A stretch of DNA of 62,532 bases, the filler included, from Choristocarpus tenellus KU-1152 (Eukaryota > Protista > Phaeophyceae): the NCBI GenBank assembly GCA_964200185.2. It is 11 parts of 11 records of this genome, joined end to end, with 100 filler letters (N's around TTAATTAATTAA, not from the genome) between each part and the next. Parts side by side here need not be neighbours in the genome. Positions count along the whole stretch, not along the records: positions 42,593 to 59,197 come from CAXNAD020000803.1; positions 59,298 to 62,532 come from CAXNAD020021349.1; 9 more parts are not named here. One strand, written 5' to 3'. The notes below the pieces were generated by a model, which did no database searches, was not told the origin of the DNA, and saw only the letters and a program-made list of their open reading frames with translations. Below, in pieces: positions 50,902 through 62,532 of this stretch; the first letter of the stretch is position 1, and each line of letters opens with the position of its first letter. A program made the translations under genes and the position numbers.

Positions 50902-53900
50902 TCAGTACTGTGCCTTCTTTGCCAGCTCAGCTTCAATCGCCTTCTGTCTCTTCTCCAGCTTCCTCTGGGTCTTGAGACCCATGATACCTCCACCCCACTT
51001 GCGCTGGAAGCCTTCGTTGAACTGGGCCCTGAAGTTGGACTGCATGAGAAGAGGACAGAAAACCAATCCAAAACAGTTGAGACAACACATGAGTTGTGCA
51101 TATATGAAACACAAAGGGTTGAGCCGTATCTAAGTATAGCGATGGGCAAGGCACAAATTAGGCACACACAATAAAGACCAAACTAACAAACTAATACTTG
51201 ATATTCAGACCCCATTGACCTAGCATTTACACAGCATCCACCTACTCATTGAAGTGACTGTTGACAGCTGCCAAGCACTAAACTTCCTACGCAAATGATA
51301 GTGACTGACTGTACCTGAAGGGTCTTGAGCTTTCCATCATCTTCCTTGTGGACTGCCGTGAGGCACACAACAGCAGCATTCTTCTGGTGCACAAGGGTAC
51401 CAAGACGTCCCTGTTAAAGAAAAGCAGACCAAGGCAAGAATTAGGCTCACAGAATACACCTCAACAGCACCGGTTTTTCATTCAAATATAGTCACTGCAT
51501 CATTAGAAATGTCTTTTGACCCTGCTACCTTGCATACATGCATTGCAGATTAATTTCAGACAACGAGGATATCCACATATTTTCTCAAGAAAAATACCAG
51601 ATGATGCAAGTACTGTTGGCTTTGTATGCAAGTACTTGTAGCACCTAATGTAGCTATGCTAACAATTTAGATGTCAATTCCCACCAAATATTAGGGTAGT
51701 CAGAAGATTGGTATGACTTGAGCTATACCACTATTTTTAGAAACAACTGGACGAAGTGGGAATCAACAATAATCAAGTTATTGGAACTTTCACTCATGAT
51801 ATTTGGAAGTTCCATGATTACAAAGATTACAAACAGAGTCTTACACTAAATATAGATTTTTTCGTATCTCAATATTGCACACTTGATAACATAATGAACT
51901 GAAGGTTACAAAAATTGGCAGTTTCAACATATACATATAACTTTAAACACAAAGTAATAGATACTTTACTTACCCAACACAAAAATTGGTGGTAAGAACC
52001 CTACTCTTACATAGCAACATCCCCATTCTCCCAATCTCTTGCATCAATCTGCTATGCCAACACACCTTGCCCTTGATGATGCAGTAGGGGATATCCATCT
52101 TACGACAGAGAGCAGGAAGCCACACCACCAGCTCAATAGGGTTCACGTCGTGGGCAATGAGCACCAGCTGAGCCTTCTGTTCCTCAATAAGAGTGGTCAC
52201 ATGCTTAAGACCAAACTTGATTACCTTGGGGGCCTTGGTTGGAGCAGGCTGCTGTCCAGCTGCCTTGGCTGCAGCAATACCCTTGAGGCGCTCCTGCTTG
52301 GTCTTCTTGTCCTCTGGCTGGTACTTCATTAGAAGCTTCAGAGCTTCTGTGGCCTGACAAAATTATTTTGTAACAGTTTCTTGAGGATTGTGCCATACCG
52401 CTTGGTCAGACTGTCAGTTGACAAAATGCCACCAAAGAGCACTCTGATCTGGTTTCTAATAGAAAAACAGCAGAATTTGCGCCTCTACCATTGGGAAGGC
52501 AGTGTATCGACTATCTGATGTAAGCAGCATTAGACGCACCTGGTTCTTATCAAGGCACTTGCTGAACTGGTTGATGCTGGGGGGTACCTTCAGCCGTTGA
52601 ACAAGGATCTACAAAAAAGCAAGAGGCAAATTATGGTTTATGTTTAGATCAACGAAAAGAAAAGCAAAGATGGAAGTGGGGCCTAACAGCAGTCCAAATT
52701 ATCCTCATGATATTGAAACTTTCAAAATCTCACCTTGCGCTGGCGCTGCAGGCGAATGTACCTTGGCCACCTGACAAACCTTGACAGATTCACTTTGGGC
52801 TTCACGTACAGCAAAATGGAGCAAATGCAAGACAATAATGCAACAGTAAATATGCAGAAAGTAGTGTGAATGAGTACAGTGAGGACAAAAAAACAGAACC
52901 TATAGCCATGAAATTAACATAGGAAGACACACCACATCATTCCAACATTGAAGAACTGACTCCCCACTTTCTTCACAATTCATGACATCATCGACAGCTT
53001 TTACTTACCTCTTGTAAATGAGGTAGGCCATTTTGAGGGGGTGGTCTAAAACCTTTACATGCAACAAAAAGCTATAGACATAAAGATTGAGAACAGGGTG
53101 TATATGAGAAACACATATATTCCCCTTGGCGAGATACACCAGAACTGACCGGTCGTCCCCGGCTCGCGTTCCGCACATAGCAGAGCGAGGCGCAGAGGAG
53201 ATGATACCACAGGAACCGTCAAATTTGTGTCATGGCGCCACGGGTAAGGGCGCTAATACCACCGTAATTTTATGTCATCGCGACACGGTGGAAAAGTCGC
53301 TAGGAGAAGGGGTATGCCCCTTTCCTGAACCGCTGGACCTCTCCCCTCAGATTTTGTGGTCCAAGGTCAGAGGTGGCTTCAGAGGACAGGTTGAGCCATT
53401 TACCCCAGGTGATCCTTATTTATATCATCGCGACTGGGTGATCGCTAAGGGGGGTGCTGTACGTATGGAAAGGGACGCGCCCTAATCGTCAGACGATCAA
53501 CACATGAGGGCGAAAAACAGCAGTGCTGTGCCATGTCCCCTCCATTGATCCCTCATTACCTGGATATCTCTGCCGACGCGGAAGCTGCGCTTCCGTGCCG
53601 GGAAAAGGGGGTCCGCCACCTTCTTAGGGGTGGACTTGACTTGCTTCTTGACCTGCTTCTTGGCGACACCCTAGAGTTTTAGGTACAAAGGGGTGATATC
53701 AGATGCGATACGAAGTAGCCCAGACTTGAGAGTGCTGTTTAGTGCTATACACCAGCAAAGGCTGTGGGGTGGGGATACTATTAAGACTAAGTTCACCATG
53801 ACGAAAGTGAAAGACATGGATCGTCCGGACAAACATCAACGTCTGGAAAGGATCCAGAGCACGACCGACACATGGAAGAAAATACGGAAATGTTTCGGTG

Positions 53901-54078
53901 GTGGATGAGACCTATGATTGTGAAGCAAGGTCTTGGTTGGGGCACTTATATTGGAGGGTGTAGTATTGGGGGGTGAATGTTATCGACACAAGAAGCGCCA
54001 CCGCAAGATCAAATCGGTAACATGAAAGCAACGGAACTTCCGCAGATAGCATATGCAAGGTGAAGTAGGACTCACCAT
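50902..54078 (-). CDS. RPL7A: 60S ribosomal protein L7a (eL8), 256 aa, 7 exons (54078-54076, 53670-53560, 52799-52734, 52608-52540, 52353-52066, 51410-51315, 51039-50902)
   Basis: [75 protein letters not shown]. The ATG-only first exon is inferred (alternative at 53798). Confidence 0.95.
53122..53452. mobile_element. Putative third MITE in an RPL7A intron
   Basis: Imperfect TIR ccccttggcga..ccag / ctgggtgatcgctaagggg. Internal repeat tat.tcatcgcgac twice. GC-richer than the flanking intron. Confidence 0.45.
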
Positions 54079-54419
54079 GATTAGAAAAGTCCTTCACCTT
54101 GGGTGAAAGGGGCTAGTGGTGTGGCTGAACAACCAACCCCCTCCACAAAAAGGTTACCAACAAGTTATATCGCCTTCGACGGTGTAACTACTGACGTCCA
54201 ACACCATTAATGGTTGGTGGACTGTCGGGCAATTCTTTACGTATGTATTTATCATCAGAAAGAGGATAATTCGTACCTCTCAATACCCCCACTACCCTCC
54301 CCATTCCAGATATTTGTTGGTTAGTGTAGTTTGCAGTGCAGGGTGTGTTTTACTTCGCTCACGAATTCTACATTATTGATTAGCCTTGTTTTACTCCACT
54401 CCAATATCGCCCCTTTGAA

Positions 54420-54800
54420 CTCGAAAACATCTACCCTGTCCGAAATTTACCTTCCTCCCCTCTCCCCAGCATTCCACTCGATCGTGAGCAATCGAAAGGG
54501 TGGATGGGTGGGAAAGATTGCTCGGAGATTGCGTTGGTCCTGCCCTGCTTGTCCTACACTACTACCCTTAGCTTTGCCTTTAGTTCTGCCTCGTTCCTTC
54601 CTACCTTGTGCCTCCATCTACCACTCATTTCTTTAAACTGATCTACTCCCTCTTCTGCCTCCCACCCAGTCCTTAATTTTTCGTCCAACTTCCAATTCTT
54701 TTCGTTTTACCCCTACCAGCACTCAGCTTACCATACTTCTTCCCTTACACAAATTCTCCCACTCACAAAACTCAGATTACTTCATAAACTTCCCCTTTAC
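54420..54800 (+). repeat. ~350-bp dispersed repeat upstream of RPL7A
   Basis: Inverted match to 4980-5345. Confidence 0.7.
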
Positions 54801-56859
54801 TTCCTTTCTTTACGCTTTGTCTTTCCTAGTGTGTAACAAATATTACTTTAACCCACCAGGAATACATGGAAAGTAGGATACTACTGGAACAAGACAAGAT
54901 CAACAGGAAAAGTCTAGGTGTGCTGCCAAAGTTAATTGAGGAAGAGACAGTGACCTAGAGTGAGTTGTACAAAATGGCACAAGAGTCACTTGGAACTTGA
55001 GGAAGTAACCTCGTGTGCAATACCATTACCAATGTCTGCCAATTAGTGTTGAAGTACACTATTGGTATTATGGCGGTAGGATCTTGGGAAGTCTTCAAAG
55101 TATGTCTTTGTGTGTGTGTGCTATGTTGATATTCATGCTGACAAGTGGAGATTGTCAGTGGTTTCGTAGTTGAATAGTTGGAGCAATCACATGTACCAGT
55201 GATGATTTAAAGAAGGTGGCATTGTACCTCAGGAACGAAGCAGAATCAAGAGCACAGTCTATCACCATTGACAATGTAAATCAGTGATGAGCTCACAGTA
55301 ATCAGTGTTTTGCCCCAGGAGATTTGGACAGTACAGATTCTATGCGCGTACTGATGTATTCCACAATGGGGAGCATTGGCGCTTCTTGGGGTGGTAGAAG
55401 GTGATCTTTTTTTGTTTAATCTACTGTTGTGTCGGCTCCTTTTGTCTCAGGATTCTGGCTGCGGTAACAAACCAATAAATCCCACTTCATCCATACCCCA
55501 TAACCACAATCCTGCACTTATATATCCTGACCTCAACCAAGAATAAATCATCATAGGCCCCTCAACCGAAACAAGGTCTATATTCCACTCTAAGTCTACA
55601 AGGTCGTTGCAAGCATGGAGCATGTCGCCGAATAAGCACTCGATATATCCTTGTGTACACTCTCCATTCCTTTGCTCCACCTTGCCTCCACATGTGTAAT
55701 GGATATCATTAGGCCACATATTGTGCACCTCCACCGCAAACACAAGGACCAGCTTTGGTGAGAAGGGTGATAACATTAAGGGAAAAACAAAAAACGAATA
55801 CGAAACAAACTCCCCCTACTTCCAAGACGTCGGTCAATCCCCTAGATATGTCCATGATTTAGACCCCAACAAATAAGATAGGTCTTCCACTGCCATGAAA
55901 CCAACGTGGATGGGGTGAGTGGGTGAGGTAGAATAAATTCCTTGAAGGTTGAAATTGAAGGGTCGGTATTTAGTTTTTGTTTAAGAGAAAGGTGTTGAGT
56001 TATATGTAGACCAAGGACCCTACCCCTATATAGTACTTATATTGAGAAGCAACTGGCTTTAGATGGTCAAGTGTTGAGGAAATGAGGTTGAAGGTGTGGC
56101 TAGAGGGTTAGTTCGAGTGAATGTATGTTGCATTGCCCAGGTTGTTGTACAGTCTTCATTCTTGTGTGTTGACATGTTTTTTTCTGCTGGTCAAAACGAA
56201 ATGAGCTGGTCTTGTCCATGAGGGCAATCTTTACCAAATCTACGATTTCAACACTCGTTCATAATTGGATATAATTCCTTTAGCCGTTCAGATGTCAAAC
56301 ATCTTCAGTCGATCTTTAGTTTCTAGACTTGAATGTATTATACTAGAAAATATAGAATAGATCTTGGCAAATGTGATTGAATGCGAGAGGTTAAAGTTCT
56401 AGTAGGTTAAATAAAAGAAAAACATTAGAAACAAAATCAAAGGTCCTCTACTTCCACCTGATTGCTTCAATCCTCAGGTAGTATATTGGAGTGAGACCAT
56501 AGCAAATTGGTGGTTGGGCCTCCCTTGGTATGGAAGCAATGCGTATGGATATAAAGGGGGTGGGGTAGATTTGAAAACAAGATTTGCAGCATCAATGTCA
56601 ATCTTCAGTTCTTTCTCTTCTGAGTACAGTCGATCATACTTGAGCTCCTCTTTATCACCCTTCCCTGTCTCCTTATGTTTGTCATTGGGGCATTTTCATG
56701 GCTCTGTGGCCTCCAACATTAACTTAGCGGGTTTAAACTCCTTTGACTCAAGACTCCTTTCCTCAGAAATCTGGATTCGAGTATGCTATTCCACATTGCA
56801 AGCACAACGGATTGTACACCTGTACCACAATATTACATCCTGCCTGTGGCTATATCACA

Positions 56860-57225
56860 AAAAAAGCCCAACCAAAATCAAGCCGGGAACTTTGGGTCAG
56901 GTCCAGCAGAAGATTCGAGGTAGTTGACAGATTGATGTGCGGTGAGAGAGTCCTGAACCCAATTGGCGAGAGTGAAGGTAGGGTACAATTTATCGTAGTG
57001 CAACAGTTAGTTTTGTCGGCAAGAAGCACTATTACTTGTAGTGCTGACAAAAGTCCGACCAAGATCAAATTAGGAACTTTGGGCCGGGTCCAGGAGAGGA
57101 TTCGAGGGAGTTGACAGAGTGACGAGCGGTGAGAGTCCTAAACCCAATTGGCGAGAGTGAATGTAGGGTATAATTGGTCGTTGTACAGTAGTTTTAACGG
57201 TAAGTTAAGCACTATTATTTATAGT
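56860..57225 (+). repeat. Tandem duplication of ~185 bp
   Basis: ggaactttggg..ggtccag..gattcgagg.agttgacaga..cccaattggcgagagtgaa.gtagggta occurs twice. Confidence 0.85.
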
Positions 57226-57469
57226 AGTACATAGTACTACGTATTCTAAAGTTCATGATCATATTGTTATTATTCTCTGACGTTGACTGCGAACTACTAC
57301 AAAATTCGGGAATTTCAAGTAAGAAATTGGGCGTCGGCGGATTGCTGTACCTCGATGCATTTAGCCTAAACAGTGTCACGATTATGTTCTATCCTTGTAA
57401 CACATTTCCGAAGAGAGGTGGTAGCTTTCACATTTACAACAACTGCTACTTTTACAAGGGTCGCTGTGA

Positions 57470-57570
57470 TATGGGTTTGGCTTTTCCCTGACACATCTAC
57501 AGAATGTTGGGAGGGCATAATAATATGTAACAGATATAATTGAAATATGTATTATTATATGCCATCTAAC
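57470..57570 (+). repeat. Degenerate upstream-element copy with hairpin
   Basis: ccctgacacatctacagaatgttgggagggcataataata ... tattattatatgccatct. Confidence 0.6.
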
Positions 57571-58505
57571 ATTTTCCATGTGTCAAAGAATAACCAAAAT
57601 CAGATTGACTATGATAAAAGGACTACTACTATTCAATTAGTAGTCGTCAAAGTATGTCACCTCTCGAATATATGTAATATTCGAAAACCAACAATACAAC
57701 TATGCCCGCTTGAAGATTGTTCCCTACTATGCAGTGTGTACACTGTTGCTACGCTTCTACCCTGGGTTGGCCCTGTAGAGGTGGTCGAGGAGGAAGAGAA
57801 GCATCCCAAGAATCGGCCAGGCCCCTCTTGCCCACCTGTACAGCGTCTCTACCTTGAAGTGCAAAACTATCCGGAGAGTCACCAATGCTGCAATGGAAAC
57901 AAATTTCATTCTCTCAAACGAAACTTGATAGCCCCTCTCCTGCAATATCCCCAAACCTCTCTCTCCCCTACTGCATAGGTTGCCAACTCATCCAGGAAAC
58001 ACTACGAGGGTCAAAAGGTCCCCTATAGTGGGGCGCTTTCGCTCCTGGGATGCACCAGCAGGTAGGTACATAGTTTCTGGTGGATGAGTGTGGCGAAATG
58101 GTAGGGTTAGAGATTGAGTGGCTTGAGAAAACAAGGGGTGTTGCACCAGTCAATACCAGAGCGAGAACAGGCGTTTGTGGATTTTTTCATGGGTCTAGTG
58201 ATGGAGGGCCCCATTATTCAACTTCCGTTCTGTTACACCCGTTTGGAACAAAATGGAACAGGTACACCTGTTCTTGTCCACTTCCCTACTTGAACCCCAA
58301 AAATATATAATTCGCCTGGAAGCACGTATGACACATGAAAGTCGTAGCAAGTGAAGATATCCCACACTTGATACTATCAAATGTATCCAAAAGGTGTGGA
58401 AATCCCGTGTAGTTTAGTGGTTCTTTTTCATCTACAGTTGGTATATATATAAGAGAGTGTAGGGTCAAAGAAAAAAACCCTCTTATAGTATATAAGAGCG
58501 CTTTC

Positions 58506-58590
58506 GAGCCGAAGTATCTGAGAGGCTAGAGCCACGTCCATTTGGGGACCAAAATCCAATGTTGCGATTTGATGTAATTTTGACCATTGT
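58506..58590 (+). mobile_element. MITE family 1, truncated
   Basis: gagccgaagtatctgagaggctagagccacgtccatttggggaccaaaatccaatgttgcga. Confidence 0.75.
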
Positions 58591-58749
58591 GTTGTTTTTC
58601 TCTTAAACTGAGGGATTGTGATAAGAGAAACCTATTTTATATCGAGCAAAAGTGGTTGTAAGCACTTTATACTTGCCCCTGAACGATGACAGAGTGATGC
58701 CCTTGCTGTATGTGCTTCCCATGTGCCTTCACGAGTAGTTACATGTAGA

Positions 58750-59080
58750 TATGTATTGAACATTGCCCTCGGTGAGCCCATTTCGATGGAGCTGTGGTGG
58801 TGTAGCAAGCACCACACCTACACCACCCCTTCACAGTATACTAGTGTCATATGGCATATGGAAGGGGATCCCGTCCAGCATGTCTTGACAGGCGGTGAGA
58901 AAACTGGGGCAGGTGTTTGTTGATCTCAGCGGCAAGAGGGCTACCATTTCAATCAGCAGTCAATGTTACACCATGATAATTCAGGACTACCTTTCTCGTT
59001 TTGTTTGGCTGTATTTCCTTCGTCTTATGTCAGATGCCGCTGAAGCCTTCAAAGAAGTACCTGGCCAATACCCGGGCTTA
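58750..59080 (+). mobile_element. Copia integrase N-terminal relic
   Basis: LGQVFVDLSGK..YTMIIQDYLSRFVWLYFLRLMSDAAEAF. Confidence 0.75.
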
Positions 59081-59297
59081 AGATACTCCCTCTCGGGTCA
59101 TGTGCGTAGATTAAATAATCTAGGGGGGGGGTGGGGGGGGGGTGTCTACACCGGGGTGTCCATTCGGATCCTGACCAGGAGAAGTGCACTTACAATANNN
59201 NNNNNNNNNNNNNNNNNNNNNNNNNNNNNNNNNNNNNNNNNTTAATTAATTAANNNNNNNNNNNNNNNNNNNNNNNNNNNNNNNNNNNNNNNNNNNN

Positions 59298-59360
<63 letters not shown>

Positions 59361-59910
59361 GGGAATTCTTTCTGCTTATCGAGAGCTCCTACACAATGTC
59401 CAAGCACAAGTGTTTGTCAAGTGCTAAATTGAGGAGTTTTGTCATGACCTACACGAGCAATAGGAATACTTGCATGTACGCGTGCAACATGTACCCTAAC
59501 CCTACTTTCTCCGTACAGTGTCAGTTTCAACACATTTTTTTTCTTCTTTCTCATCTACGCCAACATTGGGAAGCATAGACTTTTTGAGCTGTCAGCTGTC
59601 ACATTTTTTTTTTTTCCCATGAGAACAACCGCGAAGCCTTCCGATTTGCCTACTGCGATGAACTTAGCATTGAAACAGATACAAGCCTAAAATGCTGGAG
59701 CTTTAGCTTGAAGGAAATACCAAAAAAGAATATTTTTCCAACTCCTGGTCTAAGCTGGCATGCACTCCACGGCATTCCCAATAGCAGGACTGAGTGACGT
59801 AAACATGTGGAGACGAGGGGGTTGCTGAAATTAGGCGTGGGCCTTGGAAGCTTAGCATAAAGAGTGCTTGTTCCGGGCCGGGTCACAGGATTCCTGCTAC
59901 TTCTCCTCAC

Positions 59911-60779
59911 CAGTTGCAATTACGATTTCGGTCTCCAGCTCTGCTCCATCCAAGCACGAGAGCACGTAAGGGTGCCGGAGAGTCCTAGTTTTCAGGAATC
60001 CGTGCCTTCCACTCTCCAACGCATGTGGTGGGCAGTCTTTGAAGGAGAGCCGGAAAATGGAGACGGGCTCGCCCCCGACCTGCCCCTCGCCAACATTCGG
60101 TCGAGAGGGCGATGATGCCAGAACAAGACGATCGGGACGTGTTGTGAAGGAGTGTGGGGATGGGAGGAATATTGCGGAGGGAGCGTTGGTTGGAGTTGTT
60201 CCATAATAGTAGCGTAAAGAAGAAAGACAACGGATGGAAAGTGAAGTGGACTCAAATGGGGCAAACATTGTTATACTCTCATGTTCTAATAAAAACGGAT
60301 GGCAGGATGGGGCGAGTAGACCCCAGTGGTAAACACGCTTGACGCATGGGCTAACTGACGAGGTTTCCCATGATTGGAGTCAGCAATTATGATGTGATGA
60401 GCAAGAATGTACCTCCTGAGAACTTGCCAACACCAACTGCCACTGCTCTATTTACCCCACCCTACAGAGTTCAATTCAATCACACCTCCCGAATGAAATA
60501 CCTCAACAACAAGCAGTTTAGTGCAATCTACACAACGAAGGCATCATATTGCATGCATGATTATAGATTCAGAGGAATATTCAAATCAGGGAGGTACAAG
60601 GTGCTCTCAACAACACACCAACCCCACTGTTCCACAGTATAAGTGGACGACAATAAATCGGTGGGGACACATACCCGCTTGGTTCCTTTGTGGAGGCGCC
60701 AATAACCACCTTCATTCTCGGGATAGAATGCAACTTCATCCCCCACAATGAAGGGTAAGGCCGACGAAGCGTTACCCAT
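59911..60779 (-). CDS. SCYL1: SCY1-like pseudokinase, first two exons (60779-60675, 60079-59911)
   Basis: MGNASSALPFIVGDE..YWRLHKGTKR | VGGEPVSIF..KTRTLRHPYVLSCLDGAELETEIVIAT. Consensus splice sites. Confidence 0.8.
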
Positions 60780-60976
60780 TGCACCGGCAACAAAGGTTGC
60801 TTGGTTCAAGGTCGGTTTGTCAGATTTAGGCACCTCTTCTTCATTAACAAACTAACTGTACTTGATGGAAACCCCTCCTGGATTGTTTGGAAACCCGCTC
60901 TATGTTGACCGCTTCAAACCTCCACTTACCATTATCTCCTGGACCACTCGGTGGTCCGTGAATGTACATTTTCCCC
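60780..60976. promoter_or_regulatory. Putative bidirectional promoter between SCY1-like and TruB
   Basis: Only 197 bp separate the two divergent ATGs. Confidence 0.6.
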
Positions 60977-62403
60977 ATGTTTCTCAAAGCGTTACTTGTC
61001 ATATCCCTTGCTGCGGCTCAGTTGTCAGTTGTATCCTCGTTCCTGATCCCTGCACAGTCCACTATGGGTGTGACGAGTGCTCTGGTCCGCAGGTTGTCTG
61101 GTTGCATTACCACGTCAATATCGTCCTTGGATATCAGAGTCTTGTCCGGAAAGATTACTGAAGAGCTACCTAGGTCAAGTGGAAGTCATAGCAACCAAGG
61201 ATGCAGATGGTCGACCACATCTTTGGGCGTTGGTGAAGGCAGGGGTGAAGGGGTGGTCGAACCTCAAGCACCAGATCTCAATGGCATCTTTGCGGTGTAC
61301 AAGCCAAGCGGGTGGTCATCTGCTGACGTTGTGGCCAAGATGAAGGTGAAGTGTCACTGGACGGGAAGATTTCCTTACTTCCAGGTGGATCGTTGCTGCA
61401 TTTTGATCTTCCATCAAGACTATAGCAGAGGTACACTGTTATGTGTGGGTGCTGGTGTAGAAAATATGGTGCAATGGTACATGCCCATGGGTAGGAGAAG
61501 AGTCTGAGATGGGGATAATAGGCAATGGTAGTGGGATGACATGATTTGGGTGGGACAAAAATTTCGTCCTCTGCCTGCGGTATGCACCCTATGGAAACAA
61601 CGCAAGGCTCACCTTTTCATTATCTATCCGTTGCTCGTCCCCAATCTTCAACATTACGCCAAGCTCTTAGGCCCCCGAAAGGCTACTAACTCGAAAGCTC
61701 CACTCCACAACCCATCCCGACTCTAAATTTGTAACGTTGAACACAAGGCGATACTTGAGTGGGGCGAGCGCAATCGGTTGAAGGCGCTGAAAGCGGCGAG
61801 TGGAGAAGACGAGGCACCCCCCCCCACACCCCAAGGTGGAAAGGGAAAAGGACGGCGCCGCAGAGGTGGACCCAAGGTCAGGCAATGCGATGTAGATGTC
61901 TATCTTAACGAAGAAGAATAACCTGCTAGTTTGATACTGGAATCTGAGGGCATGGTGAGCTGCTTGTGTCCAACATTATTTGACCCAACCTAAGTATCAT
62001 GTTCCCCATCTTCGTTGCTTCCACTGTACTTATTTCTCTCTATTGTACAGTGGAACCCATCATGCCAGCGCGAATCTACTATTCGAATAAACAAAATCTA
62101 CGATTTTTCTTCTCTCCCCAACTCTCTCGCCAGTTGCACCATGACCATACTCCTGTGAGTTTTGATGCTAATATGCCCCGGAAAACGTTTCTCTTGCTGA
62201 ACCATTCCCCATATAGCATCGATCCCACAGCCCAGCACCACCTAGCCCCTCATCAACCTCAATTTCCCGCACCTTTCCCAATGACTCCTTTCCCACCGGG
62301 ATAGGTGAAGGTGGGCCATGGCGGCACACTGGATCCAATGGCTACAGGGGTGCTTGTTATTGGGGTGGGAAAGGGTTGCAAGGAACTCACATCGTTTCTG
62401 TCG
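60977..62403 (+). CDS. truB: tRNA pseudouridine-55 synthase TruB, organelle-targeted, 5' partial model (exons 60977-61345, 61748-61876, 62305-62403)
   Basis: [18 protein letters not shown] and [22 protein letters not shown]-terminal signal followed by SS-FL. Confidence 0.92.
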
Positions 62404-62532
62404 GTAAGTGAGGGTGCAGTGTTCCCATTGTTGGGTGGTTGTGGGGGGGGGGGGGGGGGGGGGGGGGGGGTGAGAAGTTTGTTAAAGGTGGAGAAAAAAA
62501 GCAGACGAAACCCCGCCAACCCCCACACCCCC

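Noticed and set aside
51040-53559. Box C/D snoRNAs in RPL7A introns
   Set aside because: Only partial TGATG motifs; I could not find a properly spaced C and D box pair with a terminal stem.
55447-55776. 109-aa minus-strand ORF
   Set aside because: No recognisable motif or splice context, and it lies among repeat relics.
59298-59359. 62-nt poly-G tract as a G-quadruplex element
   Set aside because: It sits at a contig edge and is typical of a sequencing or assembly artefact.

Overview
Eukaryotic, intron-rich DNA. It is most likely a photosynthetic stramenopile of the brown-algal lineage (inference from ASAF-type bipartite plastid presequences, TTAGGG repeats and GT-AG introns). The window is not contiguous: 11 short contigs are joined by ten artificial 100-bp linkers (N44-TTAATTAATTAA-N44). 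Complete genes rebuilt exon by exon: a plastid-type UVR+ApaG protein, a CBA1-like cobalamin-acquisition protein (8 exons, 480 aa), plastid malonyl-CoA:ACP transacylase (fabD), 60S RPL7A/eL8, and a small hypothetical plastid-targeted protein. Partial genes: a SPRY-domain protein, an inositol polyphosphate 5-phosphatase, a DUF2306 membrane protein, an SCY1-like kinase head-to-head with TruB, and an unknown multi-exon gene. Intergenic and intronic DNA holds relics of LINE, CRE-like, copia and mariner elements, two related MITE families with 4-bp target-site duplications, a recurrent upstream ~65-bp hairpin-forming element, tandem arrays and a fold-back. I found no clear novel multi-gene system. 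The strongest leads are the CBA1-like gene, the MITE pair and the gene-proximal upstream element.
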